The translations under genes were made by a program, and so were the position numbers. 64,000 nucleotides of DNA from Treponemataceae bacterium. GTDB lineage: Bacteria; Spirochaetota; Spirochaetia; Treponematales; Rectinemataceae. This document shows positions 29,243-38,725 of the stretch, in pieces. Location: contig CAXXVZ010000002.1 of assembly GCA_963678065.2 (NCBI GenBank), positions 677,669 to 741,668 on the forward strand. Reading direction: 5' to 3'. Numbering within the stretch: the stretch's first letter is position 1; each line of letters starts with the position of its first letter. Under the pieces are notes generated by a model. It saw nothing but the letters and a program-made list of their open reading frames with translations, ran no database searches and was not told the origin of the DNA.

Positions 29243-31408
29243 TCAATACCTGAATCCGAGGCCGATGCTGAAGGATCGTCCCTGTGCGGGATAATAGGCG
29301 CTCGCGCCGCTCCAGGCGCTGTAATACACAAGAGGGGCGTAGGAAAGGTCGAAAATGTTGTCGACTTTCGCCGTCAGTTCAATCCTGGTTTTCCCTGCCG
29401 TAAACTGGTACAAGGCCCTGAGGCCATATACGGCGAAGCCCGGGATGGGCGTCTGGCTGTTGGCGATGTCGCCGCCCTGGTAACATGAACTCCGGAATTC
29501 AGCCGTCGGCCCGGCTTCAAGCCCGAAAGGCGTGTTCAGGGTGAAGGCGAGCTTCCCGCTGTGCGCCGGCACGAGCGGGATCCGCTTCCCCTCGTTGCTC
29601 CCCGCCGTGAACACGGCGTCGACATAGCCGTAGCTCCCCTCGACGTTCAGGAAAGGAAAGATCGCCGCCTTCGCGGCGATATCCGCGCCGATGCGTCGCG
29701 TAGCGTCCAGGTTCCGGTTAGTGCAGGTGGATGAATCGTAGGCTATTTCATTGTTCATGACGAGGCAGTAGACCACGACGTCTGAGTTGATGTTTTTTCC
29801 GACCCTGAGCCCGGCGCCCCCTTCGATGTTGTACCCGGTCTCCGCTTCGAGGCTGTCGTTGAAGCCAAAAGGAGGATAATACGTGGATGCCTGCTCGTCG
29901 GTGAAGGGATACCGGAACAGCGTGCCGTATTTTACGAAGGTCTTCGCCCATGGCGCCGGTTTTCCGACGAGCCCCGCCTCGTAGACCAGGACGGAGTGGG
30001 TCTTCGACTTGTCGAAACTTCCCGACCTGTCTTTCGCGGAATTCGCGCCGGTGTCGTATCTCGCTCCCGCTTCGAGGGATATGGCATCCGTGAAATCGAA
30101 CTTCGTGGTCAGGTAAGGGCCGACCGTGACCTGGGAGACTTCGAAATAGTTGGTTTCCGAACTCCTCGCCGCGGAGGCAAAGGCGCTTACGCCGAGCCTT
30201 GCGGCGAGAACATCCACTCCGCCCACAAGGCGCGTCTTCACGCCGCCTATTCCGGAATTGAAGGTTATTCCGGGTCTGGCTTCAAGGCTGTCCGCCGCGC
30301 GGTCCGTGTACGAGTACCACGACGTCATGTCCGCGGAAATATTCTTGTGGACCACGGAGACGGGAAGCTGGAATCCGATCGTGTCGGATGGGCACCAGGA
30401 GAGAACCACATCTCCCGTCGCGAGATTCTCCGAGGCCCCGTCGGCGCTGTTGAGCGCCTGTCTGGGGTCCGCGGCGAACTGCGCCGCCGTGAGTGATCCA
30501 GGCATCTGGTAGTCGGTCTTTGTGAACGCGGCCGTGACCTTGACCGAGAGCGTGTCGGTGATGTCCACGTTCCCGCCGAGGCTTCCTCCCCAGGTGTCCA
30601 GGCCCGAGCGCTTGCGGTAGCCTTCCGTCGCGTAGTGACTCCCCGAGGCGGTAAGGCCCGATTTCCCGTTCCCTGCGCTCGCGTAGACCTGTTCGCGGTT
30701 TTCCGAGAAACTTCCGCCCGCGAGGGAGCCCTGGACCTTGATTCCCTTTCGGGCCGTCTTCGTGATGATGTTGACGACACCGCCCACTGCGCTGTTGCCG
30801 TGCCGGACACTCGAGGATCCTTGGAGAACTTCGATCCTGTCGATGTCGGCGAGGGGGATGGAGAGCCAGTTGATGCCCTGCATATCGAGGTTGTTGAGCC
30901 TGCGTCCGTCGACGAGGACGAGCACCCTTCCGAAGGAGGATTCCCCGAAACCTCGCATCGATATCTCCGCCTGAGCCTCGCCGGAATAAGACCGGAAACT
31001 GATACCGGCCGCCGTTTCGAGGGTCTGGACAAGATTGTCGGCTCCGGACGCGGCGATTTCCTCTGCCGTGATCACGCTCACCATCGCGGGGGCATCCAAA
31101 ACCTCTTCTTCCACCCTGCTCGCCGTGACGATAAACTCATGACTCTCTTCCTGCTCCTGTGCCTGTTCCTGCGCACAGGCCACGCCCGAGGCGGCCATGA
31201 GCATGCCGAGCGCGAACAGAAAGGTGAGCCATCCAGTCCGGCCCGCACACGAGTTTCCGCCGCGGACTCCCCGTGTCTGCGGCACTGTTCTCTGATCTCC
31301 CGATCCGGTCGAGACAGAAATCCGACAGATTCCTGATGCCCCGGGCACTGTTCCCTGATCCTGCAGTCCGACTGCGTTCCGGACTCCGGTCTGCGATGAA
31401 GTGCGCAT
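29243..31408 (-). CDS. btuB: TonB-dependent outer-membrane receptor, probably for cobalamin
   Basis: VTASR, VLVLVDG, IDRIEVLQG..S...G..A.GGVVNIIT plug motifs, C-terminal aromatic residue; lies downstream of a B12 riboswitch. Confidence 0.85.
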   Translation of the reverse strand: MRTSSQTGVRNAVGLQDQGTVPGASGICRISVSTGSGDQRTVPQTRGVRGGNSCAGRTGWLTFLFALGMLMAASGVACAQEQAQEQEESHEFIVTASRVEEEVLDAPAMVSVITAEEIAASGADNLVQTLETAAGISFRSYSGEAQAEISMRGFGESSFGRVLVLVDGRRLNNLDMQGINWLSIPLADIDRIEVLQGSSSVRHGNSAVGGVVNIITKTARKGIKVQGSLAGGSFSENREQVYASAGNGKSGLTASGSHYATEGYRKRSGLDTWGGSLGGNVDITDTLSVKVTAAFTKTDYQMPGSLTAAQFAADPRQALNSADGASENLATGDVVLSWCPSDTIGFQLPVSVVHKNISADMTSWYSYTDRAADSLEARPGITFNSGIGGVKTRLVGGVDVLAARLGVSAFASAARSSETNYFEVSQVTVGPYLTTKFDFTDAISLEAGARYDTGANSAKDRSGSFDKSKTHSVLVYEAGLVGKPAPWAKTFVKYGTLFRYPFTDEQASTYYPPFGFNDSLEAETGYNIEGGAGLRVGKNINSDVVVYCLVMNNEIAYDSSTCTNRNLDATRRIGADIAAKAAIFPFLNVEGSYGYVDAVFTAGSNEGKRIPLVPAHSGKLAFTLNTPFGLEAGPTAEFRSSCYQGGDIANSQTPIPGFAVYGLRALYQFTAGKTRIELTAKVDNIFDLSYAPLVYYSAWSGASAYYPAQGRSFSIGLGFRY

Positions 31409-31662
31409 GCTGTCCTCCTCGGGACTGATCGCGACTGGTCTGCGTTCCATGCAGACCAGTCGCGAATAGACGCACGATCCTTCATCTCCGCCTGCGTACG
31501 GCAGAGATTATGGTCCCGACGGGACAGGAATCGATCAGAGTGATGGGGGAGCAATGAGCAAGGGAGCGCCAGCCCGCTTTCCGGAGCCGGAAAGATTAAG
31601 GCCGGTACATGATGTTCAGACGATACCCCGACACTGATCCCTTCCGCGAGGATCGATGGTCG

Positions 31663-31836
31663 ATGGTTTCAGGGATCGTCTCCCGGCTTCCGGATCACAT
31701 TACTGGCCGCATCTTCTCGCGCCTCGGGGCGCAATGATCTTGCCATGGATAAAGGTCCATGGCCTGCGGTTTTCATACCCGGTTACGGTGGCGGGACCGC
31801 CGCGGAATCTCACCGCGTTCCGTGTCCCCGAACCAT
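31663..31836 (-). ncRNA. Cobalamin riboswitch
   Basis: Minus strand reads CGGAACGCGGTGAGATTCCGCGGCGGTCCCGCCACCGTAA...CATTG...GAGAAGATG...GAAGCCGGGAGAC (B12 box); ATGGTT/AACCAT closes P1. Confidence 0.9.
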
Positions 31837-31868
31837 TTCGGGAATCCTAGCATCGTTTCTGCAGGGAG

Positions 31869-32879
31869 TCAACGAGATTGGACCACCTTGAGGACATCGG
31901 GACGGCAGCTGATCGCCACTGTCCCCCCGCTGCGGAAGAAGGGATTGCCGTCGATGACAACCTGCCCATCGTCGGCGAGGCCCTCCAGCTCGACGCGATC
32001 CCCGGCGGCGAAAAGGAGATGCTCGGTCGCGCAGAATCCCGCGGCCGAGCTTTCCATCGATACCCAGACGCGGTCGCAGAGGGCGAGGGCCCCGCAGCTC
32101 CCCTGCCAGGGCGCGGAGCACAAAGCTCCCGTGACGGCCTTTCCCTTGTAGAAGTCGCTGTCGTTGAGGGGGGCGGCGATGATCTGGACAGGGGCGCAGC
32201 GGAACGGGATCGGCACGCCGTTGAGTTTTACGCGGAAGGAGGGACCGACGACGGACTGCGACGGAATCCTTTCTGTCTTGCGTCCGTCGGCGAGGAAGTC
32301 TTTCACCGAGAGGTTGACCATGCGGCCGTCCAGGGTTCCCAGAAAGGTGTCGCCGATGACGATGTCGTTGAAGGCGAGCCCGAGAACCCGACTGCCTCTG
32401 CCGTCGCGATCGCTGCCCGTGGCACCGCGACCGCCGTCGTCGCCGCAGAAGCAGGAGCACTCCAGCGCGTGGACAGTCCGGATCTCGGGCTCGCCCTGCG
32501 GAAGCCGGGCAAGTTTCGCGGCGTCGAAGCGGACGAGAGGGCCGACATTGGCCGTTCCGCCCGCGACCCCGAGCAGAGGAATCTTTGCGCCGAGGAGGAT
32601 GAGGGCCTCGGCACAGTAAGAGGCGAAGCCGTCGCCGCCCGCGCAGACTAAAAGATCGATGCCGGCTTCGACGAGGAGCGTCACCGCCCGCCGCAGGCGA
32701 AGGATGTACGGAAGGTCGGGAACCTGGCAGGACGGGACCCCGGAGAGCCAGGTTCCGCCGAAAGATTCTGCGCAGGTCACGAGGGCGACGTCTCCGAAAC
32801 GGGAGAGGAGAGCCTCGCCGATGGCCGGGAAGGAGGCGGCTCCCCCCGCGCCCGCGTTGAACAGCGCCCCGATTTTCAT
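31869..32879 (-). CDS. NAD-kinase / diacylglycerol-kinase-superfamily protein
   Basis: N..AG, AGGDG, GTANV and FNDIV motifs. Confidence 0.7.
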   Translation of the reverse strand: MKIGALFNAGAGGAASFPAIGEALLSRFGDVALVTCAESFGGTWLSGVPSCQVPDLPYILRLRRAVTLLVEAGIDLLVCAGGDGFASYCAEALILLGAKIPLLGVAGGTANVGPLVRFDAAKLARLPQGEPEIRTVHALECSCFCGDDGGRGATGSDRDGRGSRVLGLAFNDIVIGDTFLGTLDGRMVNLSVKDFLADGRKTERIPSQSVVGPSFRVKLNGVPIPFRCAPVQIIAAPLNDSDFYKGKAVTGALCSAPWQGSCGALALCDRVWVSMESSAAGFCATEHLLFAAGDRVELEGLADDGQVVIDGNPFFRSGGTVAISCRPDVLKVVQSR

Positions 32880-33844
32880 GGCTCGAGGACGACCTTCATG
32901 GCCTCGCCCTTCTGCAAAAGGGCCATCGCCTCGAGTCCGCGCTCAAGGGGTATCCGATGGGTGATGAGCCGGCCGAACCGTGGCCCTTCGCGGTCGATGA
33001 CGTCCAGAGCCTCGACATAATGCTCGCGCGCGTAGCCGAAGGTGCCCGTGACCGAGACCTCACGGTAATGGATGTCGTAAGGATCGATGGTCGCCCTGTC
33101 GCTCCGGGAGAATCCGGAAAACAGAAGGACATTGCCACCATCGGCGGCCGCGCCGATGTACTCCTGGACGAGCTCGCTCCGGTTGACCGTCAGCACGATC
33201 TGGTCGAAGGCCGCGGCCTTTGCCTCTTCCGCGGAGAGGATTTCCCAGCCCCAGCCGGAAATGAGTTCGCGCCTGAAGGGCGAAGGCTCGACGATGGCGA
33301 AGGGCTGGCCCATGCTCCCAAGCAGGGCGCCGAAAAGGCTTCCCATGGGACCGGCGCCGACGATGAGCACCCTTCTCCCCGACTCGAGGCGGAGTTTTTT
33401 CATTCCGTTGACGACGCAGGCCAGGGGCTCGGCGAGAGTGTAGACCGGATCGGAATCCTGAATGAGGAACAGCCCGCGCGCCGCGTACCCGGCGTCCATG
33501 GCAATGTAGTCCGCGAAGCAGCCGCCGGAAACGTAGCTCTTGTCGTGGCAGAGCTGCCCGAGCCCTTTGCGGCAGCGGGCGCAGTTCCCGCACTCCAGGT
33601 AGGGCGCGACGGCGACAAGCTCGCCCTCCCGCACGCCGCAGCCGGGCGGGGCCGACTCGACGAGCCCGATGCACTCGTGCCCGAGCACGGTCGGCGGCGT
33701 GAACATGTGGTGGCCTTTGAGGAAGGTCTTGATGTCGGTCCCGCATATGCCGGAACCGAGGATTCTGAGAACGAGCTCTCCGGCGGGCTTTTCGGTTTCC
33801 CGGTATTCCATCATGCCCGGGCCGAGATAGACGAGAGCCTTCAT
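32876..33844 (-). CDS. Zn-dependent (MDR) sugar-alcohol dehydrogenase
   Basis: GICGTD, GHE, CxxCxxC...C, GAGPMG. Confidence 0.92.
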   Translation of the reverse strand: MKALVYLGPGMMEYRETEKPAGELVLRILGSGICGTDIKTFLKGHHMFTPPTVLGHECIGLVESAPPGCGVREGELVAVAPYLECGNCARCRKGLGQLCHDKSYVSGGCFADYIAMDAGYAARGLFLIQDSDPVYTLAEPLACVVNGMKKLRLESGRRVLIVGAGPMGSLFGALLGSMGQPFAIVEPSPFRRELISGWGWEILSAEEAKAAAFDQIVLTVNRSELVQEYIGAAADGGNVLLFSGFSRSDRATIDPYDIHYREVSVTGTFGYAREHYVEALDVIDREGPRFGRLITHRIPLERGLEAMALLQKGEAMKVVLEP

Positions 33845-34812
33845 GACAACTTCCTCCTTGAGAGAATGGCCTTGGCCGTGTCGGTGTCGGTTATGAGCGT
33901 GTCGAAATAACCGGCCCCGGCTGCCGCGACGATCCCCTCCGCCTTGTCGCCGCCGCAGGCGACGCAGACGACCCTCTGTATGGAGCGCAGCCGTTCGAGG
34001 TCGAGGCTCACGAGATTCCACTTGTCGCCCGGATCGGCGACCCGCCCGCCTGAGTCGAAAAAGCGCCCTAATATATCGCCGACAGTGTGCATTCCCGACA
34101 GACGCGCCACGACGGCGGGGTCCATCTCTCCGGTCAGGTAGTCGGCGCGGTCGGCGGCCTTGCCGAGGCCAACCAGCGCGAGGTCGACTTTGTCCCAGAG
34201 CGAGGAAATGTGGTTGAGATTCTCGACCTCGGCGCGCGAACGCAGCGGCGAAGAAGGTTCCATGAAGGCCTGGGCGCGGATGAACACGCTCTCGGCCTTC
34301 GTCTTCTCGGCGAAACGGTCCACGATGCCGTTGATCTGAAGCCAGGGCGCCTGCTGTCCCGCGCTTCCGATGAGAGGTACGATCCTGATCCCGGGCGGCG
34401 GGTCCATGTAGGCCATGTGCAGAGCTGTCTCATAGACGGTTCGCCCCCAGCCCACGCCGACTACGGCGCTCTCACGGAAAAAGTCCGGCAACACGGAGGC
34501 GGCATAGGCGGCTAGGGCCTGGATCGCCCGCTCTTCCGCGTCCTTGCCGGACTGTTTTTCGACGGTCGAGAGGAGAACTCTCTTCAATCCCAGCTCTGCC
34601 GCCAGGGTCTCGGCCATCTCTTCGGTCTCGATCTCCTCCGGAAACTTCACCTCGATGTGGACAATCCCGGCCTTGCGGGCCTGGTCGAGGACGCGGGAAA
34701 TCTGGGAGCGGGAGAGCCCGACGCAGGCGGCGATGTCGTCCTGGCTCATCCCGTCGCGGTAATACTGGCAGGCAACCTGGTAGAGAAGCATCGTGTCCTG
34801 TTTGCGCGGCAT
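33841..34812 (-). CDS. SorC/LsrR-family sugar-binding transcriptional regulator
   Basis: YY.DGMSQ.DIA...GLSR.QISR.L HTH, GVGWGRT, LITD. Confidence 0.92.
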   Translation of the reverse strand: MPRKQDTMLLYQVACQYYRDGMSQDDIAACVGLSRSQISRVLDQARKAGIVHIEVKFPEEIETEEMAETLAAELGLKRVLLSTVEKQSGKDAEERAIQALAAYAASVLPDFFRESAVVGVGWGRTVYETALHMAYMDPPPGIRIVPLIGSAGQQAPWLQINGIVDRFAEKTKAESVFIRAQAFMEPSSPLRSRAEVENLNHISSLWDKVDLALVGLGKAADRADYLTGEMDPAVVARLSGMHTVGDILGRFFDSGGRVADPGDKWNLVSLDLERLRSIQRVVCVACGGDKAEGIVAAAGAGYFDTLITDTDTAKAILSRRKLS

Positions 34813-34814
34813 GG

Positions 34815-35555
34815 TCAGGTCCGCCCCCCCCTGAGGATACCGTCGAGCGCGGAGATCAGGGCGACGGGCTCGGGATGCTGGAATACGTTGCGCCCGAAAG
34901 CGAAGCCTCTGGCTCCGGCGTCGACGGCCGCGCGCGCGACGACCTGGATATCCTCGCCCTTGGGGCCGCCGGCCAGGATCACCGGCACGGGGCAGCCGGC
35001 CACGACCTTTCCGAACTCGGGTGTGTAGAAGGCCTTCACCACATCGGCGCCTATCTCGGCCGCGATGCGGGCTCCGTTCATCTGGATATCGAGATCGTTT
35101 GTCCGCGCGAAATCGTCGGCGAGGATCTCGACGATGCAGGGCAGTCCCGCCCTGTGATAGGCGTCGATGTCCCGGGCCGCCTGCTGCATGCTGCGATAGT
35201 CTTCTCCGCCCATGATGAGCATCATGAGGACCGCGTCCGCTCCCGCGCCGACCGCCGTCTCGGGTGAAACGACATTCGCGTGGACATTGGTGAAGCTCGA
35301 AGCCATCATGCTTCCGCCGAGCGAGGTCCGGAGGATGAGCTTCTTGCGGAGCAGGTCGCCCCTGCACATCAGTTCCGCCATGCCGATATTCAGAATGAAG
35401 CCGTCGACCTGCGCGCATTCGCAGCGACTGAGGGCCTGTTCCGGTTTTTCGAGACCCGGCATGACGCCGAAGGTCTGGGGATGGTCCAGGGCAACGACAA
35501 AGAGTTTGCCTTCCGCGTCGAAAAGCCGGGCGACTGCTCGCCTGAGACCTGTCAT
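34815..35555 (-). CDS. Class I aldolase (DhnA/LsrF family)
   Basis: ALDH, AAEIGADVVK (Schiff-base Lys), ILAGG, GRNVFQ; GGAGG RBS. Confidence 0.9.
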   Translation of the reverse strand: MTGLRRAVARLFDAEGKLFVVALDHPQTFGVMPGLEKPEQALSRCECAQVDGFILNIGMAELMCRGDLLRKKLILRTSLGGSMMASSFTNVHANVVSPETAVGAGADAVLMMLIMGGEDYRSMQQAARDIDAYHRAGLPCIVEILADDFARTNDLDIQMNGARIAAEIGADVVKAFYTPEFGKVVAGCPVPVILAGGPKGEDIQVVARAAVDAGARGFAFGRNVFQHPEPVALISALDGILRGGRT

Positions 35556-35580
35556 GATACCTCCAATATGCAATTACGCC

Positions 35581-35626
35581 ATGCACGTACTTGCATAAGT
35601 ATCACTCCGTTTTTTTATCTTGTCAA
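35581..35626 (-). promoter_or_regulatory. Promoter with a downstream palindromic operator (probably bound by the SorC regulator)
   Basis: TTGACA-17-GATACT followed by the near-palindrome ATGCAAGTACGTGCAT (35581..35596). Confidence 0.7.
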
Positions 35627-35682
35627 CGATTCCATGATGGTTCGAGGCGGGTTTCATGCCTGTGCCTGCCGGATTGACCCTC

Positions 35683-36639
35683 TCAGCCGCCTTTGGCCTG
35701 CACATCCGTGAAAAAACGTCCCGCACGTTCCACAGCTTCGGCCCTCGAGGGGATCGAATCCCGGCCTCCCGGCCTTTCGACCGAGACCGCCGCCGCGGCC
35801 GCAGCCGCGGACAGCGCCTCCGGGAATGGGACCCCGCCCGAGGGCGACCCGCCCAATAGCGCGGCGCAGAAAGCACCGTGGAAAATGTCTCCGGCGGCGT
35901 TCGAATCCAGGGTGCGGGCGGGGAATGCCGGGACAGCGACCGCTTCGTCCGATCCGTGGTCCTGGTAGATGTAGCCCCTGTCTCCCCGCGTCACGGCCGA
36001 GGCCCGGGCTCCGAGCGAGCGCAGGGTCCTGAGACATTCTGCGGCCTCCTCGTCGGTGCGGATGCGGTCCAGCCCGAGAACCTGGGCGGCGTACCGCTCC
36101 GAGACGATGGCGCAGTCAGTCTTCGAGACCAGTTCGCGCCAGCCCGGCCGGACCGATCCTCCGTCCAGAACGGAGACCGCCTCCGGAAAGAGGCCGATCG
36201 CGTCGAGGGCTGCAGGGGTCTCGTGGCCGTCGTACAGGATAATGGAAGGTTTTTCGCTCGCGGCGAGTCCCTCCGGCAAGTCGAGAGCTTCGGTCTGGTT
36301 CTTGTGTGTCAGGATAGTCCTCGATCCCGACGCTCCGTTGACAATGACCACCGAGAGCGGTGTGTGCAAGGCACGATCGGGGCGGAGCCATTTCGTGTCG
36401 ACTCCCCAGTCCCTGAGTTCCCTCATGATGGCGACGGCGTAGGGATCGTCGCCAAGCGCCGCGATGAGGGCCACGGGCAGGCCCCAGCGTCCGAGAAGGA
36501 AGGCGGCGTTGCAGGCGGGCCCGCCGGGAGACTCCGTTATCCGGGGAATGTTGTATTTCCGGTCTTCCTCAGGAAAAGATTCGACGGGATAGATGAGATC
36601 CCAGGCCGCGTGGCCGATGCACAGGACTCTGGATTCCAT
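35683..36639 (-). CDS. PfkB-family carbohydrate kinase
   Basis: GGPACNAA, VTRGDRG, DSNAAGDIFHGAF. Alternative start GTG 36708. Confidence 0.9.
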   Translation of the reverse strand: MESRVLCIGHAAWDLIYPVESFPEEDRKYNIPRITESPGGPACNAAFLLGRWGLPVALIAALGDDPYAVAIMRELRDWGVDTKWLRPDRALHTPLSVVIVNGASGSRTILTHKNQTEALDLPEGLAASEKPSIILYDGHETPAALDAIGLFPEAVSVLDGGSVRPGWRELVSKTDCAIVSERYAAQVLGLDRIRTDEEAAECLRTLRSLGARASAVTRGDRGYIYQDHGSDEAVAVPAFPARTLDSNAAGDIFHGAFCAALLGGSPSGGVPFPEALSAAAAAAAVSVERPGGRDSIPSRAEAVERAGRFFTDVQAKGG

Positions 36640-36704
36640 GCGCCTTCCTCTCCCCGCTTTGCGATCGTCAGCCGTGACGGGCGACCGGGAACCGTCGGAC
36701 TCTG

Positions 36705-37601
36705 TCACTGCCCCCGGGCGCGCCGCAGGGCGGCGCCGGCGATGAGGGCGGCGAGGGTAAAAAGATACGGGATCGCCAGGATAAAATCCACCGGAACCTT
36801 GAGGAATCCCTGGGCGTAGTTGGAAAAGGCCTCCGCGAGGGCGAAGACAAAGCAGGCCGCGAGAATGCCTGCCGGTTTACGCCCTCCGAGATAGATCGCG
36901 ACGAGGGCGATCCAGCCTCGTCCGGAGCTGATGTTCGGGACGTAGGCGGAGAGGTTCAGGGACAGGTACGAGCCCGCGAGTCCGCAGGCGGCCCCGGAGA
37001 TCAGGACAGCCGCGAGCCGGTATCGTTCCGGGTCGAGGCCCAGAGCGCGCACCGCCTTGGGGTTGACGCCCGTCGCGCGCAGTCTCATTCCGAAGGTGGT
37101 CCTCCTGATGCAGACCCAGGACAGAATCGCGGCGAGCCAGGACAGGACGACGAGGTAATTCTGCCCGAAAAGGATGGGTCCGGCGAATGGTATGCCGGAG
37201 AGCGCCCTGCCCGGAATGGCGAGGGCGGGTATTTCGAAGGGGACGACGGCCTTCGTCGCGAAGATCTGCTGGGAGAGGACGACGGTGATTCCCGCCGCGA
37301 ACAGGTTCGTGGCCAGGCCGGTGATGAACTCGTTCGCTTTCAGGCGGAGCGTGACGAGGCCGTAGACGAGGGCGACCACCGCCGATGAGGCCATTCCTGC
37401 GAGGAGGCCGACTGGTGTGCTTCCGGTGGCTGCGGCCGCCATCACGCCGAAGAAGGCTCCGAGCGTGATCAATCCTTCGAGGGCGATGTTGAGCATGCCG
37501 GCGAGTTCGGTGAACAGCCCGCCGAGGGCCGCGAACAGAAGCGGCGTCATGGCCGCCACTGCGCCGGCCAGCAGGGAAACGAGGCTGGCGAAGAAGCTCA
37601 T
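36705..37601 (-). CDS. Nucleoside/sugar ABC transporter permease
   Basis: LNIALEG, GMRLRATG.NP, GRGWIALVA, IPYLFT. Confidence 0.9.
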   Translation of the reverse strand: MSFFASLVSLLAGAVAAMTPLLFAALGGLFTELAGMLNIALEGLITLGAFFGVMAAAATGSTPVGLLAGMASSAVVALVYGLVTLRLKANEFITGLATNLFAAGITVVLSQQIFATKAVVPFEIPALAIPGRALSGIPFAGPILFGQNYLVVLSWLAAILSWVCIRRTTFGMRLRATGVNPKAVRALGLDPERYRLAAVLISGAACGLAGSYLSLNLSAYVPNISSGRGWIALVAIYLGGRKPAGILAACFVFALAEAFSNYAQGFLKVPVDFILAIPYLFTLAALIAGAALRRARGQ

Positions 37602-38725
37602 TCCTCCCCCCTTTCTGCCGGGGCCGAGCCGGCGGCCGCGGCTCCGTCGGACTGTTTCCCGCCATTTTTCCCGACCGGTCGCGCTTTCTTTCCCCGTCCC
37701 CCCGGGAACCAGGACGTGGCGAATCTGGCAGTAATAAGGAAGAAAATGACGGACTGGACGACCGCGACAATCTCGGAGGTGACGTTGGAGCCTACCATCA
37801 CGCCCTTCGCCCCCGCCTCGAGGTAGGCGAAGAACAGGGCCGAAGGGATGACCGCGAAGGGATTGTTGCGAGCGATCAGGGCTACGGCTATAGCGCTCCA
37901 CCCGACCCCGGAGGAGAAACCCTTCATCGCCTTGAAGTAGCTCCCCATGATCATCGCCGCGCCCGCGAGCCCGTGGAGCGCGCCCGACAGTCCCATGGGC
38001 ACGAGCGTATAAAAGCCCGTGTCGATTCCGGCGTACCGCGCGAACTCACCGCTCTGTCCGTAGACTCTGAGCTCGTAGCCGAAGCGCGTCCTGTCCAGAA
38101 GAAGCTTGGCGGCGAGTGAGATCGCGACGGCGAGAATGAGCCCGGTGCTCAGCGAGGAAGGCGGCAGAAGACGGGGAAATCGCAGGGCGGCGGCGATCGG
38201 ACGCGTCGTCTGGAAGTTGCTGGAAGGGTCCTGGAACTGCCCGGTGATCAGGTAATCGACGAAGAGAACGACGGCCGCGGAGATGAGAAAGGAGGAAATG
38301 AGCTCGTCGACGCCCAGCGATTTCTTGAGGAACCCGGAGACCGCGCCGATGAGCGCGCCTGTCGCCGCCCCGGCGAGGGCCGCGAGCGTCTGCACCGCAA
38401 TCGGAGGGCCGTCGGGAAAGGCCAGGCAGACGGCAACGGCGGCGAGCGCCCCGGCATAGACCTGCCCCTCACCGCCCAAGTTGAAGTTTCTGGAAGCGAA
38501 GGCGAAGCTCACGCCCAGTCCCGCGAGCATGAGGGGAACGGAGGCGGCGAGCATGTTGCCGAAATAGTAGACATTGCCGAAGGGACTCAGGAAGAACAGC
38601 CTCAACGCTTGACCGAAGGAGTCGGCAAAAAGGAACAGGAGGAGCACGGCCGCGGCGAAGGATGCCGCGAAGGTGATCGCGAGCCCCGCGAGCCTGTTCT
38701 CCCGCATGCGTCCGGACTCAGCCAT
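37598..38725 (-). CDS. Nucleoside/sugar ABC transporter permease
   Basis: FNLGGEGQ, TRFGYELR..G...FARYAG, VALIARNNP. Confidence 0.9.
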   Translation of the reverse strand: MAESGRMRENRLAGLAITFAASFAAAVLLLFLFADSFGQALRLFFLSPFGNVYYFGNMLAASVPLMLAGLGVSFAFASRNFNLGGEGQVYAGALAAVAVCLAFPDGPPIAVQTLAALAGAATGALIGAVSGFLKKSLGVDELISSFLISAAVVLFVDYLITGQFQDPSSNFQTTRPIAAALRFPRLLPPSSLSTGLILAVAISLAAKLLLDRTRFGYELRVYGQSGEFARYAGIDTGFYTLVPMGLSGALHGLAGAAMIMGSYFKAMKGFSSGVGWSAIAVALIARNNPFAVIPSALFFAYLEAGAKGVMVGSNVTSEIVAVVQSVIFFLITARFATSWFPGGRGKKARPVGKNGGKQSDGAAAAGSAPAERGEE

